Shown here in pieces: positions 29,047 through 39,506 of a stretch of DNA of 64,000 bases. Numbering within the stretch: position 1 is the stretch's first letter; each line of letters begins with the position of its first letter. The DNA is from a virus (Duplodnaviria > Caudoviricetes), in the IMG/VR virus record IMGVR_UViG_3300010352_001543; one strand, written 5' to 3'. The notes below the pieces were generated by a model. That model made no database searches, was not told where the DNA came from, and saw only the letters and a list, made by a program, of their open reading frames with translations. A program made the translations under genes and the position numbers.

Positions 29047-30624
29047 TTACCAAGAACTTCCACCGCCATTTGTTTCGGCATCCACTAATTCTGGATTGTT
29101 TTCTTTTTCTCTGTCTAAGTACTCTTGATTTGCTTTTAGTTCTTCATCACTGAAACCTAAATATTTCTTCACTAAATAGGTAGCTGAGAAAATTCCACCT
29201 GTTTCCAATCCTAATTCTTTCAACGCATTTACATATTCCAAACGTTTATTAACAATATCCATTTGTTTTAAATCTTCAAAAATATTATTGGAGTTGAATT
29301 GTAATCCGAGGTTTTCTTTGAATAGGAAATCTCCAGCTAATTCAGGAAAATCTAAAATTGTTTGTATGTATAATGGTTTAGTTATAATTTCTTGGAACAA
29401 CGAACGAAGTCTTGAAATAAATCTACTAAATCTCACTTCATCCCTGGTGACTGAATTTGCACTGTCATATGAGTAACCATCTGTATTTCCTTCATCGAAT
29501 CGAGACATAGGAATACCAGATTCTACTCTAAGTTTATGTCTAAAATATTCAATGATATCAACATTTTGTAAATCAGGTCCATTTTCTTCAAGTGTTTCAA
29601 TTTCTGAATGTTCACCGTCTCTGTCCGGTAGCATATAATTTTTATAGAATGGAATATTTGCTTTACCGTTTATAGCAAGTTCCCCTGAATTCATGTCCAA
29701 GTCAAAATCTTCTTTGTACATTGCCTTTAATTCACCAAGTGTTTCACGAGCATCTTTACGTGACTGACTACCAATTGGAATAATCATTTTTATTCTGTAG
29801 GTAGAATGCATTATGTTCCAGATAACTCTTGAGTTTTCTAACAACCTTAAAATATTAAATGACCTAACCAGTTTCTCAAGGTATGAGTATTTTTGATTTA
29901 AATTGTTTTTGTTATATGAGATATAAATAATTTGGGAGTCAAGAAGAGTTCTTTTTATTAGAGGTTCATTTTCGTACTGCGTCCATACTTTTCTATAGGA
30001 TCCGTTTATCTTCATAACATCCGGTTTCAATGAGAATGGATCTATTTGGGAGAAACCAATTATCTTTGTTTGTTCCTTATTGAAAATAATTTCAAATGCT
30101 AACATTCCTTCAATTAAAAATTGTTTAAATAGTTGGTTACCACTAACACAATCAGAAAAATAAAAATAATTATAAATCTTTTTGAAATTAATATTTATTT
30201 TATCTAATACATCCTGAACTGCTGACTTCTCTGTATTTAGAAATGGTAAGATCATCGATAAGTCCGGTTTACAGAAATAGTTTTGATTGTCATATATAAT
30301 TGCTTCATCCGCTATAGTGTCAAGAATCATTTCTATTTCACCATTAGTAGCAAAGTCGTTTAAAATATCTCGACGAGCGGGATACTCTTGGTCGAAGAAA
30401 GCAATAAGTTTCTTATCACCAATATCAGAACTCTTTAAAGCATAAAGTAAATCTTTATCGTAACTATTGTATGCTGCTCCCATCATCATTTCTGTCGGGG
30501 AAACTGTCATACTTTGTTTTAAGACTTCGTCATTAAATTCTAAACCATAATTACCTAACTTTTTAAGAAGGGATTTCATAAAATTGTTAGATTGGTCGTT
30601 CGTTCTATCTACAAAACCTGCCAT
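29047..30624 (-). CDS. gp20: T4 gp20-like portal vertex protein
   Basis: IADEAI, SYLEKLVRSFNILRLLENSRVIW, SEIETL, DIIEYFRHKL..ESGIPMSRF, TRDEVRFSRFISRLR; 525 aa. Confidence 0.93.
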   Translation of the reverse strand: MAGFVDRTNDQSNNFMKSLLKKLGNYGLEFNDEVLKQSMTVSPTEMMMGAAYNSYDKDLLYALKSSDIGDKKLIAFFDQEYPARRDILNDFATNGEIEMILDTIADEAIIYDNQNYFCKPDLSMILPFLNTEKSAVQDVLDKININFKKIYNYFYFSDCVSGNQLFKQFLIEGMLAFEIIFNKEQTKIIGFSQIDPFSLKPDVMKINGSYRKVWTQYENEPLIKRTLLDSQIIYISYNKNNLNQKYSYLEKLVRSFNILRLLENSRVIWNIMHSTYRIKMIIPIGSQSRKDARETLGELKAMYKEDFDLDMNSGELAINGKANIPFYKNYMLPDRDGEHSEIETLEENGPDLQNVDIIEYFRHKLRVESGIPMSRFDEGNTDGYSYDSANSVTRDEVRFSRFISRLRSLFQEIITKPLYIQTILDFPELAGDFLFKENLGLQFNSNNIFEDLKQMDIVNKRLEYVNALKELGLETGGIFSATYLVKKYLGFSDEELKANQEYLDREKENNPELVDAETNGGGSSW

Positions 30625-30700
30625 TTTATTTCCTGTTTTTCTATATTCTTATTTTACGAATGGAATGATATTAATTAAAACCGTCATTAATAGTATATAT

Positions 30701-31594
30701 TTATGTAATGATCGGATCAATCAAATTGAAATTTGGTTTAATCAACTGAAATAATTCTTTGTGTTCAGTTTCTTCTGACACGTTGTTCTTCGATAAAACA
30801 GTTCCATTAACTGCATCAGCAGTACTCCAACTTTCTGTTGAAGAAGAACCATTTATTTCTCCATTTGAGTTCTGGATAGAAGATTTTTTAGAAGAGGCGA
30901 GATTGTCCGGATAAGAAGTTGATTGTCCTGCCACGTAATTACTATCTTCTGATAACTTTCCATTTGAATTGATTTTTAGAGGACTTTTTCCATAGTTTGG
31001 AGGAGTGTTATAAGTGAGGTCATCCGACCCTTTATCAGAGTACCATTTAGCTGCTGGGTTATTTTTTCCAGATGGTCCATTTGGATAACCATTACTGCTA
31101 TTTGTTTTGTTGTAGTAAGTAGTATAAGCTGCAATTTTTACACTCTGTCCTGACCAAAGAACATAGTCCTTTTTTCTTCTTCCAGCGTGTGAAGGAGTAA
31201 CATCAATGAAATCTTGTTCAGTTAATTTTCCACCGTTCTGTTTTATTTTTCGAGCTAAAGCAGTACAGTTGCCGTGTTGATAAGCAACATCACAAAGCGC
31301 ATCAAATTGATACTGGGTAAGACTATCCGGATTGATATCAAAATTTTTTAAAGCTCTAACAACCCGCTCGGTGTATGCACCGGCAGCAACTGAATAAAAA
31401 TGATTCTTTGCTTCTGTGATTGAGTTGTACATTGAGGACGGTTTAGTACCACTATGAATACCAAAACCAATTGTCCACTCAGCACCGCCTGACTTGGCTT
31501 TTAAATTATATGCTCTGATTTTTCCGTCAGGACAAACACAGCCAAGCGCCTCAAACCCCATTATAAAATCCGCACCGAATTTACTAATTACCAT
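30701..31594 (-). CDS. GH24-like lysozyme with a low-complexity C-terminal tail (probably tail-associated)
   Basis: ISKFGADFIMGFE, AY...WTIGFG, LTQYQFDAL..VAYQHG, RRKKD. Confidence 0.75.
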   Translation of the reverse strand: MVISKFGADFIMGFEALGCVCPDGKIRAYNLKAKSGGAEWTIGFGIHSGTKPSSMYNSITEAKNHFYSVAAGAYTERVVRALKNFDINPDSLTQYQFDALCDVAYQHGNCTALARKIKQNGGKLTEQDFIDVTPSHAGRRKKDYVLWSGQSVKIAAYTTYYNKTNSSNGYPNGPSGKNNPAAKWYSDKGSDDLTYNTPPNYGKSPLKINSNGKLSEDSNYVAGQSTSYPDNLASSKKSSIQNSNGEINGSSSTESWSTADAVNGTVLSKNNVSEETEHKELFQLIKPNFNLIDPIIT

Positions 31595-31599
31595 ATACT

Positions 31600-32424
31600 T
31601 TAACCTTTCCCTTTTTCAAATGGATAAACCAATTTATCAACCGGTAACATACCTCCTGAAGTTTTAGCGGTATCGGAACCCTTTATAGATGACAAGGAAC
31701 CTTGAATTTCAAATGCTCCTAAATTAGAAGAATTTTGGTAACTACCAGCTTCCGCTCTAATCTTACTACTTCTATTGTATTGTTGACTAAGTCCAGAATC
31801 ATAATAATTTCTTAGTCCAAAAGTTTCTTTTCCAGCGGCTTCAAACTCTGCTGGTGATAATTTAGGTAACCCCTTTTTTAGTGACTCATTGTCTTCTGGC
31901 CAAATTTTATAGTAACCTTTAAAATATCTGCCTTTTGCTGGATTTTTTACCTCCGCCCATGTTAGACGTTTCACAGAAGAAACACCACCGTTTCTATCTT
32001 GTGGTCTTCTTGCTGATGTATTTCCTTCAGCTGTCATAATCCCTGTGGTAGAAACAGCTACAACAACACCAGTATGTCCTGTTCCATCTCCATTCGACCA
32101 ACTGATAGCAACACCCGGAACAGCTTCTTTATAATTCTTAGAAAAAAGACCAGCTCCGGAGTGTTGGGAACTTGCACTATAATAACTTCTTCTTGGTTGA
32201 TTGTAATTGAAATGCTTGTCTGTCCAATAAGAAGTAGAAGTCACGAAACTAGCACACCAGGGATTTCCATCCCGGTGAGGAGAAGCATTTTCACTCTTTA
32301 ACCATTTAGTTAATAAAGGTCCTCTGTTGTCTCCGCCTGATTCATAGATATAATTAGTTTTTCCTCCATCAAATGTTAGAATCCAATTACAAAGCCAAGC
32401 TCTTTTTTCTGCCGCTGATGCCAT
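31600..32424 (-). CDS. CHAP-domain hydrolase (probably tail-associated)
   Basis: NRGP, PWCASFV, GHTGVV, TAEGNTS. Confidence 0.8.
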   Translation of the reverse strand: MASAAEKRAWLCNWILTFDGGKTNYIYESGGDNRGPLLTKWLKSENASPHRDGNPWCASFVTSTSYWTDKHFNYNQPRRSYYSASSQHSGAGLFSKNYKEAVPGVAISWSNGDGTGHTGVVVAVSTTGIMTAEGNTSARRPQDRNGGVSSVKRLTWAEVKNPAKGRYFKGYYKIWPEDNESLKKGLPKLSPAEFEAAGKETFGLRNYYDSGLSQQYNRSSKIRAEAGSYQNSSNLGAFEIQGSLSSIKGSDTAKTSGGMLPVDKLVYPFEKGKG

Positions 32425-32441
32425 TTAGTTATAAAATATTT

Positions 32442-32954
32442 TTAAAATATAACGCTATTTTCTAAAATGTTAGCTTCATTTTTTCCTTCTTCTTGAATAG
32501 TAGGAGGAAACAAATCTTTCGCTACATTCATCCCTTTGTTCTTCAATGTCTTTAGAAGATTATGAAATTTAGTTCTTCGTGGGTCAATGTTGGTAGTCTT
32601 TTCAATATACTGGTCTCTGATATTAAAAGTTGAACCTTTTGTCTCTTCTTTCTTCTTGACTGTATTGAATTTTGTTTTGAAATCTGATATCTCAGGAATA
32701 AAAACAATAGTATCTTTGTCTAGTGAATAAGGATTTGAAATACCATTGAACTTCAGAATGAAATCAAAATAGTTCTCGGTTCTGTAAGCCACATAGCTAA
32801 CAAGGTCAGGACGCATTTCCATGTCCGAAACATAAAACAAATCAATAATACGAACACCGGTACTTGATTGACCAATTACCGGTTCACATAAATTTACTAT
32901 TTGTTCACCATTTTTTAAAAATAATGGTTTTGCATTTAAAATTGTTGAATCCAT
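32442..32954 (-). CDS. gp53: T4 gp53-like baseplate wedge subunit (LysM-like)
   Basis: MRPDLVSYVAY...FILKFNGISNPYSL...VFIP. Confidence 0.7.
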   Translation of the reverse strand: MDSTILNAKPLFLKNGEQIVNLCEPVIGQSSTGVRIIDLFYVSDMEMRPDLVSYVAYRTENYFDFILKFNGISNPYSLDKDTIVFIPEISDFKTKFNTVKKKEETKGSTFNIRDQYIEKTTNIDPRRTKFHNLLKTLKNKGMNVAKDLFPPTIQEEGKNEANILENSVIF

Positions 32955-32955
32955 A

Positions 32956-33735
32956 TTATTGGAATAATTTTTTTGTTTTTCTATTTTTTAATCTTTTTAT
33001 AGCTATTTCATAGTACGTTGGAGATAATTCAAAACCAATAAAATTCCTGTTGTTATCTTTAGCTACTTTAGCTGTTGTTCCACTTCCCATAAATGGGTCT
33101 AATATTATATCTTCTTGATAACTGAGCAATTTAATTATTTTACTTGCAAACGACTCACTAAAATTAGCTTTAGTTAATCCTTTCGTCTCTGTAGGTGCTT
33201 TGATTATACCATGAGTTAAATTTATAAAATCTTCTTTCTCTATATCAGATATTCCTTTTGATTTTTTCTTCCATTGATCTTTATACATTATTAAAACTCC
33301 TTCAAATGGATTCATTATATTCGGAGAAGATGCTGACATCCAACTACCCCACGCGGAACCAACTGATAAATTATTATCCATCCATGTTAAAATAGAATAA
33401 GGACTAAAACCTAATTTTTTCATGATGTTATAAAATTCCGAAATTGGAGAGGTATTGAATTTATCTTTTCTTAAAGAAATATAATGATTTATTGCTATTC
33501 TTCCATCACTTTTTAACACCCTTAAACATTCTTTTAACCAATCTTCACACCAACTATAATAATCTTCCCATTCTAAATTATCCTTGTATATATCATATTC
33601 GATACCTATATTGTAAGGAGGAGAAGTAAAAATTAAATCTATTGAATTATCTGGAATTATTTGTAAACCTTTCAAACAATCCATATTATAAATTTTATTT
33701 AGTTCCAAATTTTTATTCCTTTTTATAATTTCCAT
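32956..33735 (-). CDS. Orphan beta-class N4-C/N6-A DNA methyltransferase
   Basis: MDCL, IDLIFTSPPYN (motif IV) preceding ILDPFMGSGTT (motif I); FIGFE. Confidence 0.92.
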   Translation of the reverse strand: MEIIKRNKNLELNKIYNMDCLKGLQIIPDNSIDLIFTSPPYNIGIEYDIYKDNLEWEDYYSWCEDWLKECLRVLKSDGRIAINHYISLRKDKFNTSPISEFYNIMKKLGFSPYSILTWMDNNLSVGSAWGSWMSASSPNIMNPFEGVLIMYKDQWKKKSKGISDIEKEDFINLTHGIIKAPTETKGLTKANFSESFASKIIKLLSYQEDIILDPFMGSGTTAKVAKDNNRNFIGFELSPTYYEIAIKRLKNRKTKKLFQ

Positions 33736-33771
33736 ACATATAATTTATTTTACAAATAAACAGTATAATTA

Positions 33772-36700
33772 TTACTCACCCATTCTCTTGAATGCTACTT
33801 TTTCTGATAGAGCGGCGGCTTTCTTATATCCACTAAAAGTTTCATTAGCATTTGCTATTCTCGGAAGTAAAACTTCTTCAGTTTGCTTTACCTCATCTGT
33901 ATATTCTTTGTTTGTGTTCAAGGTGTCTTGGTCATTAGTGTTCATTAAATTCGAAATTGACTCTCTTTTTCCAGTATGAGCATTTACATAGGTAGTAGGT
34001 CTCTTACCAAGAATGTTCGACATGTCAGTAGAAGAAACAGTTTGATTGTATTTCTCGGTTGCTTGTCCTTCATAGCCCCAATGTAATTTACCAAGTCCAC
34101 GGTTGAACATATTTTCAATTGCTCCTTTGTCTCTTGGCATTCCATGATCTAATGATACAGTAACCGTCATTGTTTCAGGAAAATCATCAATTCCTAAATC
34201 TTCCGAAAAACTAATTTGTGTTTTCGTTACAATTAAATTTCCGATCATTTCTATCGGATTGAAAGGATTTCCAATAACCAAATGCCATTCACCTACTGGT
34301 TCACCTGTTAATAATGATTTAATAGCTAAAATATTAGGCCTTGATTGAACTTTCTTTGCCATCCAAAGTTTTCCGGCACCAGAAGCAAGTTTACTAATTG
34401 TTCCGGCAGGATCACTTAACATTCCTGAAAGTGTTTCACCTAAATTTGCAAAACCTTCAGTAAATTTGGTTGCTATGGCATCTATGTATGTACTTGGATC
34501 TCCACTGAAAAATGCTTCTTGAGCTTTTTTTCCACCCATGAACGGGTATTGAGGATGTTGCGGAAAATATCTTATATCTCCGCCCCAAAAATCAGCATCT
34601 GTGTATGTCAGTGCAAGAATGTCAGCAAGGATATCAAGCATTGCCGCTTTGGGATTTATGCCACCAATTGATTTTAGTTCATATGTAAAAGTCACATTGA
34701 ACGTTTGGGTGTAGTCTATTCCTGCTTTTCTCGCATAAGTTTTAGTTATTCTGTTAACTGGACCAAATATTTTATTGACATATTTTCCGGAAGAATAAGG
34801 ATCATATTTTTCTTTCCACTCAGATGCCTCTATAGCATCTTCACCTGAAACATTAGAAGCACCTTGTCCACCAGAAGTAACAACATTAAAATCAAATAAT
34901 TTCTTCGCAACCTGATCAAATGGTCCGGTTGAAGAGCTTGCCTCATTTCCGTCTATTTCATTATCGTTTTGCATTTCTTCTGAGTCGATCGGAGCCCATT
35001 CTAAATTATAAGACATTCCAAGCATTTCTCCTAATGTATTACCTGTTCCATCACCATACCAAGCAATCGCCGATGCTACAGGTACTTGAAATAAATCCCT
35101 GTCAAAATCAGAACCATGTAATTTTCCTGAGTCATTTACTGGCATAGAAAAACGACGGAGAGTTATCATTCTATTGTTTGGAATTTTAGCATAATCTTTG
35201 GTGTAAAGAAGATCTTTCCATTGATAAGCAAATTGTGGATTGTCTTGCCAATTTTCAGCATCACAAAGATTCTCGAATGTTGGTTCAATTATTTTTGAAA
35301 GAGTAGGAGAATTGTTTGTCTGCTCTATTGGAACATAATCCTTTTGATATTCTTTGAAATACCAATTCTCTTCCAACCGGGAAAGAATTTCTTTTTTCAT
35401 ATCTTCCATTTCAAGTTCAAGAGTAGCAAGTTCTTCAGGCGCTATGGCAATAAAACTATTAGCATTTTCCTGATCGTCTTTTGCTTTCTGACAAAGACGT
35501 CCATCCGGATAATAATTTACTACTCCATTAGTTTCACACTTGATCCAACCTTTTTCTTTCAACCAATATTCTTCCACATTTGCAGTTGACAGTTGCATAG
35601 TAGCTGGTCCTTTTAAACCGGGACGAGCATTGTCACCCGGTTTAACATTTATAGTAATTGTATTACCTGCAATTTTTGTGTTCGATCCGTTTCCGGTCCA
35701 TGTATTTGAGTTATAACTCGTCGTAGCGGGATCTACTAATGATGAGCCAACACTATTGACCTTTTTCACCACAGCCGCCTTTAAATCAGTTGTTGACGCT
35801 GATTTGGTTATGTCGGTATTTTTAGCACCTGTTAAAACTTCATCTATAAATTTACCAACAGGTGATTTAGAAGAAACTCCAAGAGCTTTGGCACCGGCAG
35901 CAAACGCTCCTATGAAACCGGAAATTGAATTAGATGATTGTTTTTTGACGTCCATTGAATTGGCAGCTCCTAAAAACTTATTGACAAAGTTTTTAGTGTC
36001 TTCACTTGCAGCATTTCCGAGAGCGCTTAGTATATTAGCACTTTTTGTTTTCACATCAGCAAGTAATGCAGTCATTGACTTTATATCTGTTATGTCAGTA
36101 GTTGTTGCTTTTGCAACAACTGAATTGACGAAACTCATTACTTGATTACCTTCGGAACCCAAAACATTTAGTAAACTTGAATCGTTAACGAAGCCTTCTA
36201 CTAAACCGGAAACCGAATCCAGTGCCTGGTTGCCCGGAACTATGTTTTTTATTGATTTAGCGGAATCTTTTAAAAATTTCATAACATTGTCACCAATACC
36301 ATTTCCTGTTGGTTCATTTCCTGTTGTTTCTCCTGTTGAAGAAGGCTGAACTTCTGGTGATTGATCTGGGTTCCACATAGAAGTCATATTAGTAGGTGTG
36401 ACAGGAGTTGATGTTTTAGTAACATCAGAAACCCAAATTTCAATGTTCATGTTTTCTACTGCTTGATAAGCGGAGTCATTATTGTTTATAAAACTATCAG
36501 TTGTATTACCGTTTGCTTTGTCTAATAAATCAGTAGAAGTTGTTTTATCAGATAATGAATTAGTCCCTGATACAGCTACACCATTTTCTGTTTTTGTGAA
36601 AGTTATTGTTTTACCAATAGAAGAAAAACCAGGGGAACCTTCTTGGTCGATTAACATTTTATGATGATTCTGTCCGGCGATATGACCAAAACGAATTAAA

Positions 36701-38058
36701 ACGAATTCATTCATTAGAGAAGAGGAACCATAAAAATCAGGACCTTTCGGCATCTTATTACCAATTTGTTGGCTGTCTGAATACGAAAATTTAAAACGAA
36801 GATCCCAAGGACGTTCGAATCCTTTTGTTAAAGAGGAATTCTTTGGTGGTTGAGCAGTCGAAGTAGATAGAGGTGATTTTATAATTTTACTTGGAGACAG
36901 ATCCTTTACTTTTTCTATAGACGAACCGGAAATAGAAGGAACAACATTCAAAGCACTGTCAGCTGTCAGTAGTTTTAAATCATCTAATGTTTTACTCCAG
37001 AATTTAGAACTTGTTAGTTGTGAAGAAAGATTTTTTATTTCAGCTACCGCATCTTTATATTTTTCTTTTATCTTAGGTAAGGCAGCTTCAATTTTCTTGG
37101 CGGCATCAACACCTTTTGCGTAAGTAGAAGTAGTAAATTTTTTAATGGAAGCTGGATTAGTTATATCAACTTTTTTAGCATCTCCAAGAATTCCATTTAT
37201 AAATTTACCCGCATCCGACTTATCAGAAATTCCTAACTTCTTTGTAGTAGACTGAACATCATTTACAAAACCAGAAATTGAATTTTTTGCTTGTTTTGTT
37301 ATATCAAGGTTATTAGCAACCGCTGAGAATTTATCAACGAATGCTTTTGATTCAGGACTGTCAAAACTAAGAATAGCCTTTCCTTGATTGATGACTGAAC
37401 TAAGAAGTTGTTTCATAGAAGAGGCGTTCGTTAGATCAGTCGTCTTAGCTTTGGAAACAATGTTAGAAATAAAACCAGCTACGTCTGAACCGGACAAAGA
37501 ACCTGCATCAGCTATGAATTTTTCAACCATACCTGAAACAGATTCTAATGTTTGATTACCGGGAGATATATTTTTGATTGAGCTTGTTATTTCTTTAACA
37601 AAGCCCAGTGCTTTATTTTCTAAATTCTTTGTGTCTACACCAGCAGACGAAAGAAGTGAATTTAGCTGGTCAATTTTTAAATCATTGTTAGCAAGAAGTT
37701 CTTTAGCTGCATTGAAAATACCGGAAATACTTTTGTCGTTTCCAACTATGTTTTGGGCAGAATTAATAATATCGGAGAAATTAGAGTCACCGATTAGATT
37801 AGAAACAATGTCTATTATTCCATCTGTACTTTTGTTGGTCCCTTTTAAATCCTTTACTGAATCCAAAATATTTGATACGTCCAGAACAGAGAAATTAGAT
37901 ATCTGTTTTCTTATGCTATTTAATTCTGATTGTAAACTACTTTTTGTTAGTTCATCCGCTGAATCCAACAGCGATTGAATCTTAAATTCCTTGAGATTTA
38001 AATTCTGTAGTTTTTCAATATTTTCTTTGTTTACTAAATCACCTATTTTAAAAGACAT
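33772..38058 (-). CDS. Large tail/baseplate-hub-associated protein with an internal ~150-aa duplication
   Basis: 1428 aa; helical S/K/A-rich repeats; C-terminal GEWHLVIGNPFNPIEMIGNL...DDFP...V.L.H..PRD; lies upstream of the gp53-like gene. Confidence 0.6.
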   Translation of the reverse strand: MSFKIGDLVNKENIEKLQNLNLKEFKIQSLLDSADELTKSSLQSELNSIRKQISNFSVLDVSNILDSVKDLKGTNKSTDGIIDIVSNLIGDSNFSDIINSAQNIVGNDKSISGIFNAAKELLANNDLKIDQLNSLLSSAGVDTKNLENKALGFVKEITSSIKNISPGNQTLESVSGMVEKFIADAGSLSGSDVAGFISNIVSKAKTTDLTNASSMKQLLSSVINQGKAILSFDSPESKAFVDKFSAVANNLDITKQAKNSISGFVNDVQSTTKKLGISDKSDAGKFINGILGDAKKVDITNPASIKKFTTSTYAKGVDAAKKIEAALPKIKEKYKDAVAEIKNLSSQLTSSKFWSKTLDDLKLLTADSALNVVPSISGSSIEKVKDLSPSKIIKSPLSTSTAQPPKNSSLTKGFERPWDLRFKFSYSDSQQIGNKMPKGPDFYGSSSLMNEFVLIRFGHIAGQNHHKMLIDQEGSPGFSSIGKTITFTKTENGVAVSGTNSLSDKTTSTDLLDKANGNTTDSFINNNDSAYQAVENMNIEIWVSDVTKTSTPVTPTNMTSMWNPDQSPEVQPSSTGETTGNEPTGNGIGDNVMKFLKDSAKSIKNIVPGNQALDSVSGLVEGFVNDSSLLNVLGSEGNQVMSFVNSVVAKATTTDITDIKSMTALLADVKTKSANILSALGNAASEDTKNFVNKFLGAANSMDVKKQSSNSISGFIGAFAAGAKALGVSSKSPVGKFIDEVLTGAKNTDITKSASTTDLKAAVVKKVNSVGSSLVDPATTSYNSNTWTGNGSNTKIAGNTITINVKPGDNARPGLKGPATMQLSTANVEEYWLKEKGWIKCETNGVVNYYPDGRLCQKAKDDQENANSFIAIAPEELATLELEMEDMKKEILSRLEENWYFKEYQKDYVPIEQTNNSPTLSKIIEPTFENLCDAENWQDNPQFAYQWKDLLYTKDYAKIPNNRMITLRRFSMPVNDSGKLHGSDFDRDLFQVPVASAIAWYGDGTGNTLGEMLGMSYNLEWAPIDSEEMQNDNEIDGNEASSSTGPFDQVAKKLFDFNVVTSGGQGASNVSGEDAIEASEWKEKYDPYSSGKYVNKIFGPVNRITKTYARKAGIDYTQTFNVTFTYELKSIGGINPKAAMLDILADILALTYTDADFWGGDIRYFPQHPQYPFMGGKKAQEAFFSGDPSTYIDAIATKFTEGFANLGETLSGMLSDPAGTISKLASGAGKLWMAKKVQSRPNILAIKSLLTGEPVGEWHLVIGNPFNPIEMIGNLIVTKTQISFSEDLGIDDFPETMTVTVSLDHGMPRDKGAIENMFNRGLGKLHWGYEGQATEKYNQTVSSTDMSNILGKRPTTYVNAHTGKRESISNLMNTNDQDTLNTNKEYTDEVKQTEEVLLPRIANANETFSGYKKAAALSEKVAFKRMGE

Positions 38059-38087
38059 TGATACTTATTAATTTTAACTATTTTTCC

Positions 38088-38630
38088 TTAATCACCATAC
38101 ACATCGAAATAGTAAACAGTGAACAATTTAAAGATTAATGACAGGAATAGAACATTACAAACTCTTGCTATGTCCTTTGCCTCATACCAATCAACTCCGG
38201 GTAGATCTTTGTCATCATATTCGGTACAATCCAACTCAAAACATTTATAGTTGATTTGCGCTTCGTGATTAATTAGTTCACCTAAATGTTTAATATTTTT
38301 AATATCGATAGTTGGTAGGCCAATTGTTATGAGATGATCCACCATATCAATAATACTTGCGTTTGGAGTATACTCAAAAATCGGAAGAAGTTCATTCATG
38401 TCCTTAATTGTTGATAAGTCAACCGGGGAAACTGAACTTTTCTTTAGTTGTTTCTTTAAATCTTCTGCTTGGACTTCGTCACTTTTTTCATCCTCTGTCT
38501 TGAATAAATTCTTTGGATCCTCTTCTTCATCCCTAATTTCTTTGAGTTTATCCTGATTCAATAAACCAAAATAACGAATCTTAGCAGTCTTGCTGTGTCT
38601 GATTAGAAGGAAAACATTTTTCGACTCCAT
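38088..38630 (-). CDS. Hypothetical protein
   Basis: 180-aa ORF. Confidence 0.6.
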   Translation of the reverse strand: MESKNVFLLIRHSKTAKIRYFGLLNQDKLKEIRDEEEDPKNLFKTEDEKSDEVQAEDLKKQLKKSSVSPVDLSTIKDMNELLPIFEYTPNASIIDMVDHLITIGLPTIDIKNIKHLGELINHEAQINYKCFELDCTEYDDKDLPGVDWYEAKDIARVCNVLFLSLIFKLFTVYYFDVYGD

Positions 38631-38632
38631 TC

Positions 38633-38977
38633 CTATTCCTCTATAATGATTTTATGATAAAATTGTTCATACTTGTTAGTGTATTGTGTTTCAAATCCCG
38701 CTGGTATGTTTTCAGCTATCCAAAGGACATCATGTTTTAGATTTATCATAACATCTATAAAAAACATATCAACTTCATTTGAATATTTTTCGTATATATC
38801 CAAAAGACGGACCGGAGCAAAATAAAAATTATGACCTTTGATTTCAAAATGAACCATTGCTGTACTTGCGGTACCTTTCACAGTCCAATTTATTTCAATT
38901 GGTTCATACCATCCATCAACATTGATTTTGGAAGTCCTATCGAATTCCACCATTTCTTTACTATTAAACGTCTGCAT
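38633..38977 (-). CDS. Hypothetical protein
   Basis: 114-aa ORF overlapping the upstream gene's end. Confidence 0.6.
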   Translation of the reverse strand: MQTFNSKEMVEFDRTSKINVDGWYEPIEINWTVKGTASTAMVHFEIKGHNFYFAPVRLLDIYEKYSNEVDMFFIDVMINLKHDVLWIAENIPAGFETQYTNKYEQFYHKIIIEE

Positions 38978-39191
38978 TTTCGCCTTCTGTCTCTTCTGTT
39001 TGTTCAGCTACAATTTCTACATTTAGTAAGTCAAAAGCTACTTGAATCGCTTTATAATCTCCAAAATTATATGCACCTTTGTTACCGGCAAGGTAAACCG
39101 CCTTGATCAAAGTACCTACACCTTTTTCCCACTGTTCTGCTGTTAGAACAACCGTGTTTTGTTCTTCAACCGTTGTTTGATTATCTTCCAT
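38964..39191 (-). CDS. Small acidic hypothetical protein
   Basis: 75-aa ORF with an AGGA RBS. Confidence 0.6.
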   Translation of the reverse strand: MEDNQTTVEEQNTVVLTAEQWEKGVGTLIKAVYLAGNKGAYNFGDYKAIQVAFDLLNVEIVAEQTEETEGENADV

Positions 39192-39204
39192 TGATTTTTA
39201 TTTC

Positions 39205-39474
39205 CTATATTTTTGTTAAATATTTATCTAAAATGTTTAGTATATCATCACCTTTTCTAAATTCACCATGATTTGGATAAAGGAAATCCCAGTCATCCTC
39301 GTCTTCTTCAAATTTAATGCCAAAGTTCTTTAAAAGTTTAAATTGAATATCATATTTATCTTTTTGTGTCTTAGGTTTGCTGGTTACATTAGAAGTTAAC
39401 CAAGCAAGAACATCTTTTTCTTTTGCTTCTTCGTTTAAAACAAACGATCCACTGAGTTGAGTGTATTTTTTCAT
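39205..39474 (-). CDS. Leader-variant small protein
   Basis: Likely start MKKYTQLSGSFVLNEE at 39474, downstream of the promoter motif at 39493..39501. Confidence 0.6.
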   Translation of the reverse strand: MKKYTQLSGSFVLNEEAKEKDVLAWLTSNVTSKPKTQKDKYDIQFKLLKNFGIKFEEDEDDWDFLYPNHGEFRKGDDILNILDKYLTKI

Positions 39475-39506
39475 ATGTCGAATCTTTTTCTTTATATATT
39501 TGTTTA

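Noticed and set aside
2379-37978. Plus-strand ORFs such as 2379..2888, 5814..6242, 35756..36145 and 37574..37978
   Set aside because: Antisense shadows of long minus-strand genes with no recognisable motifs
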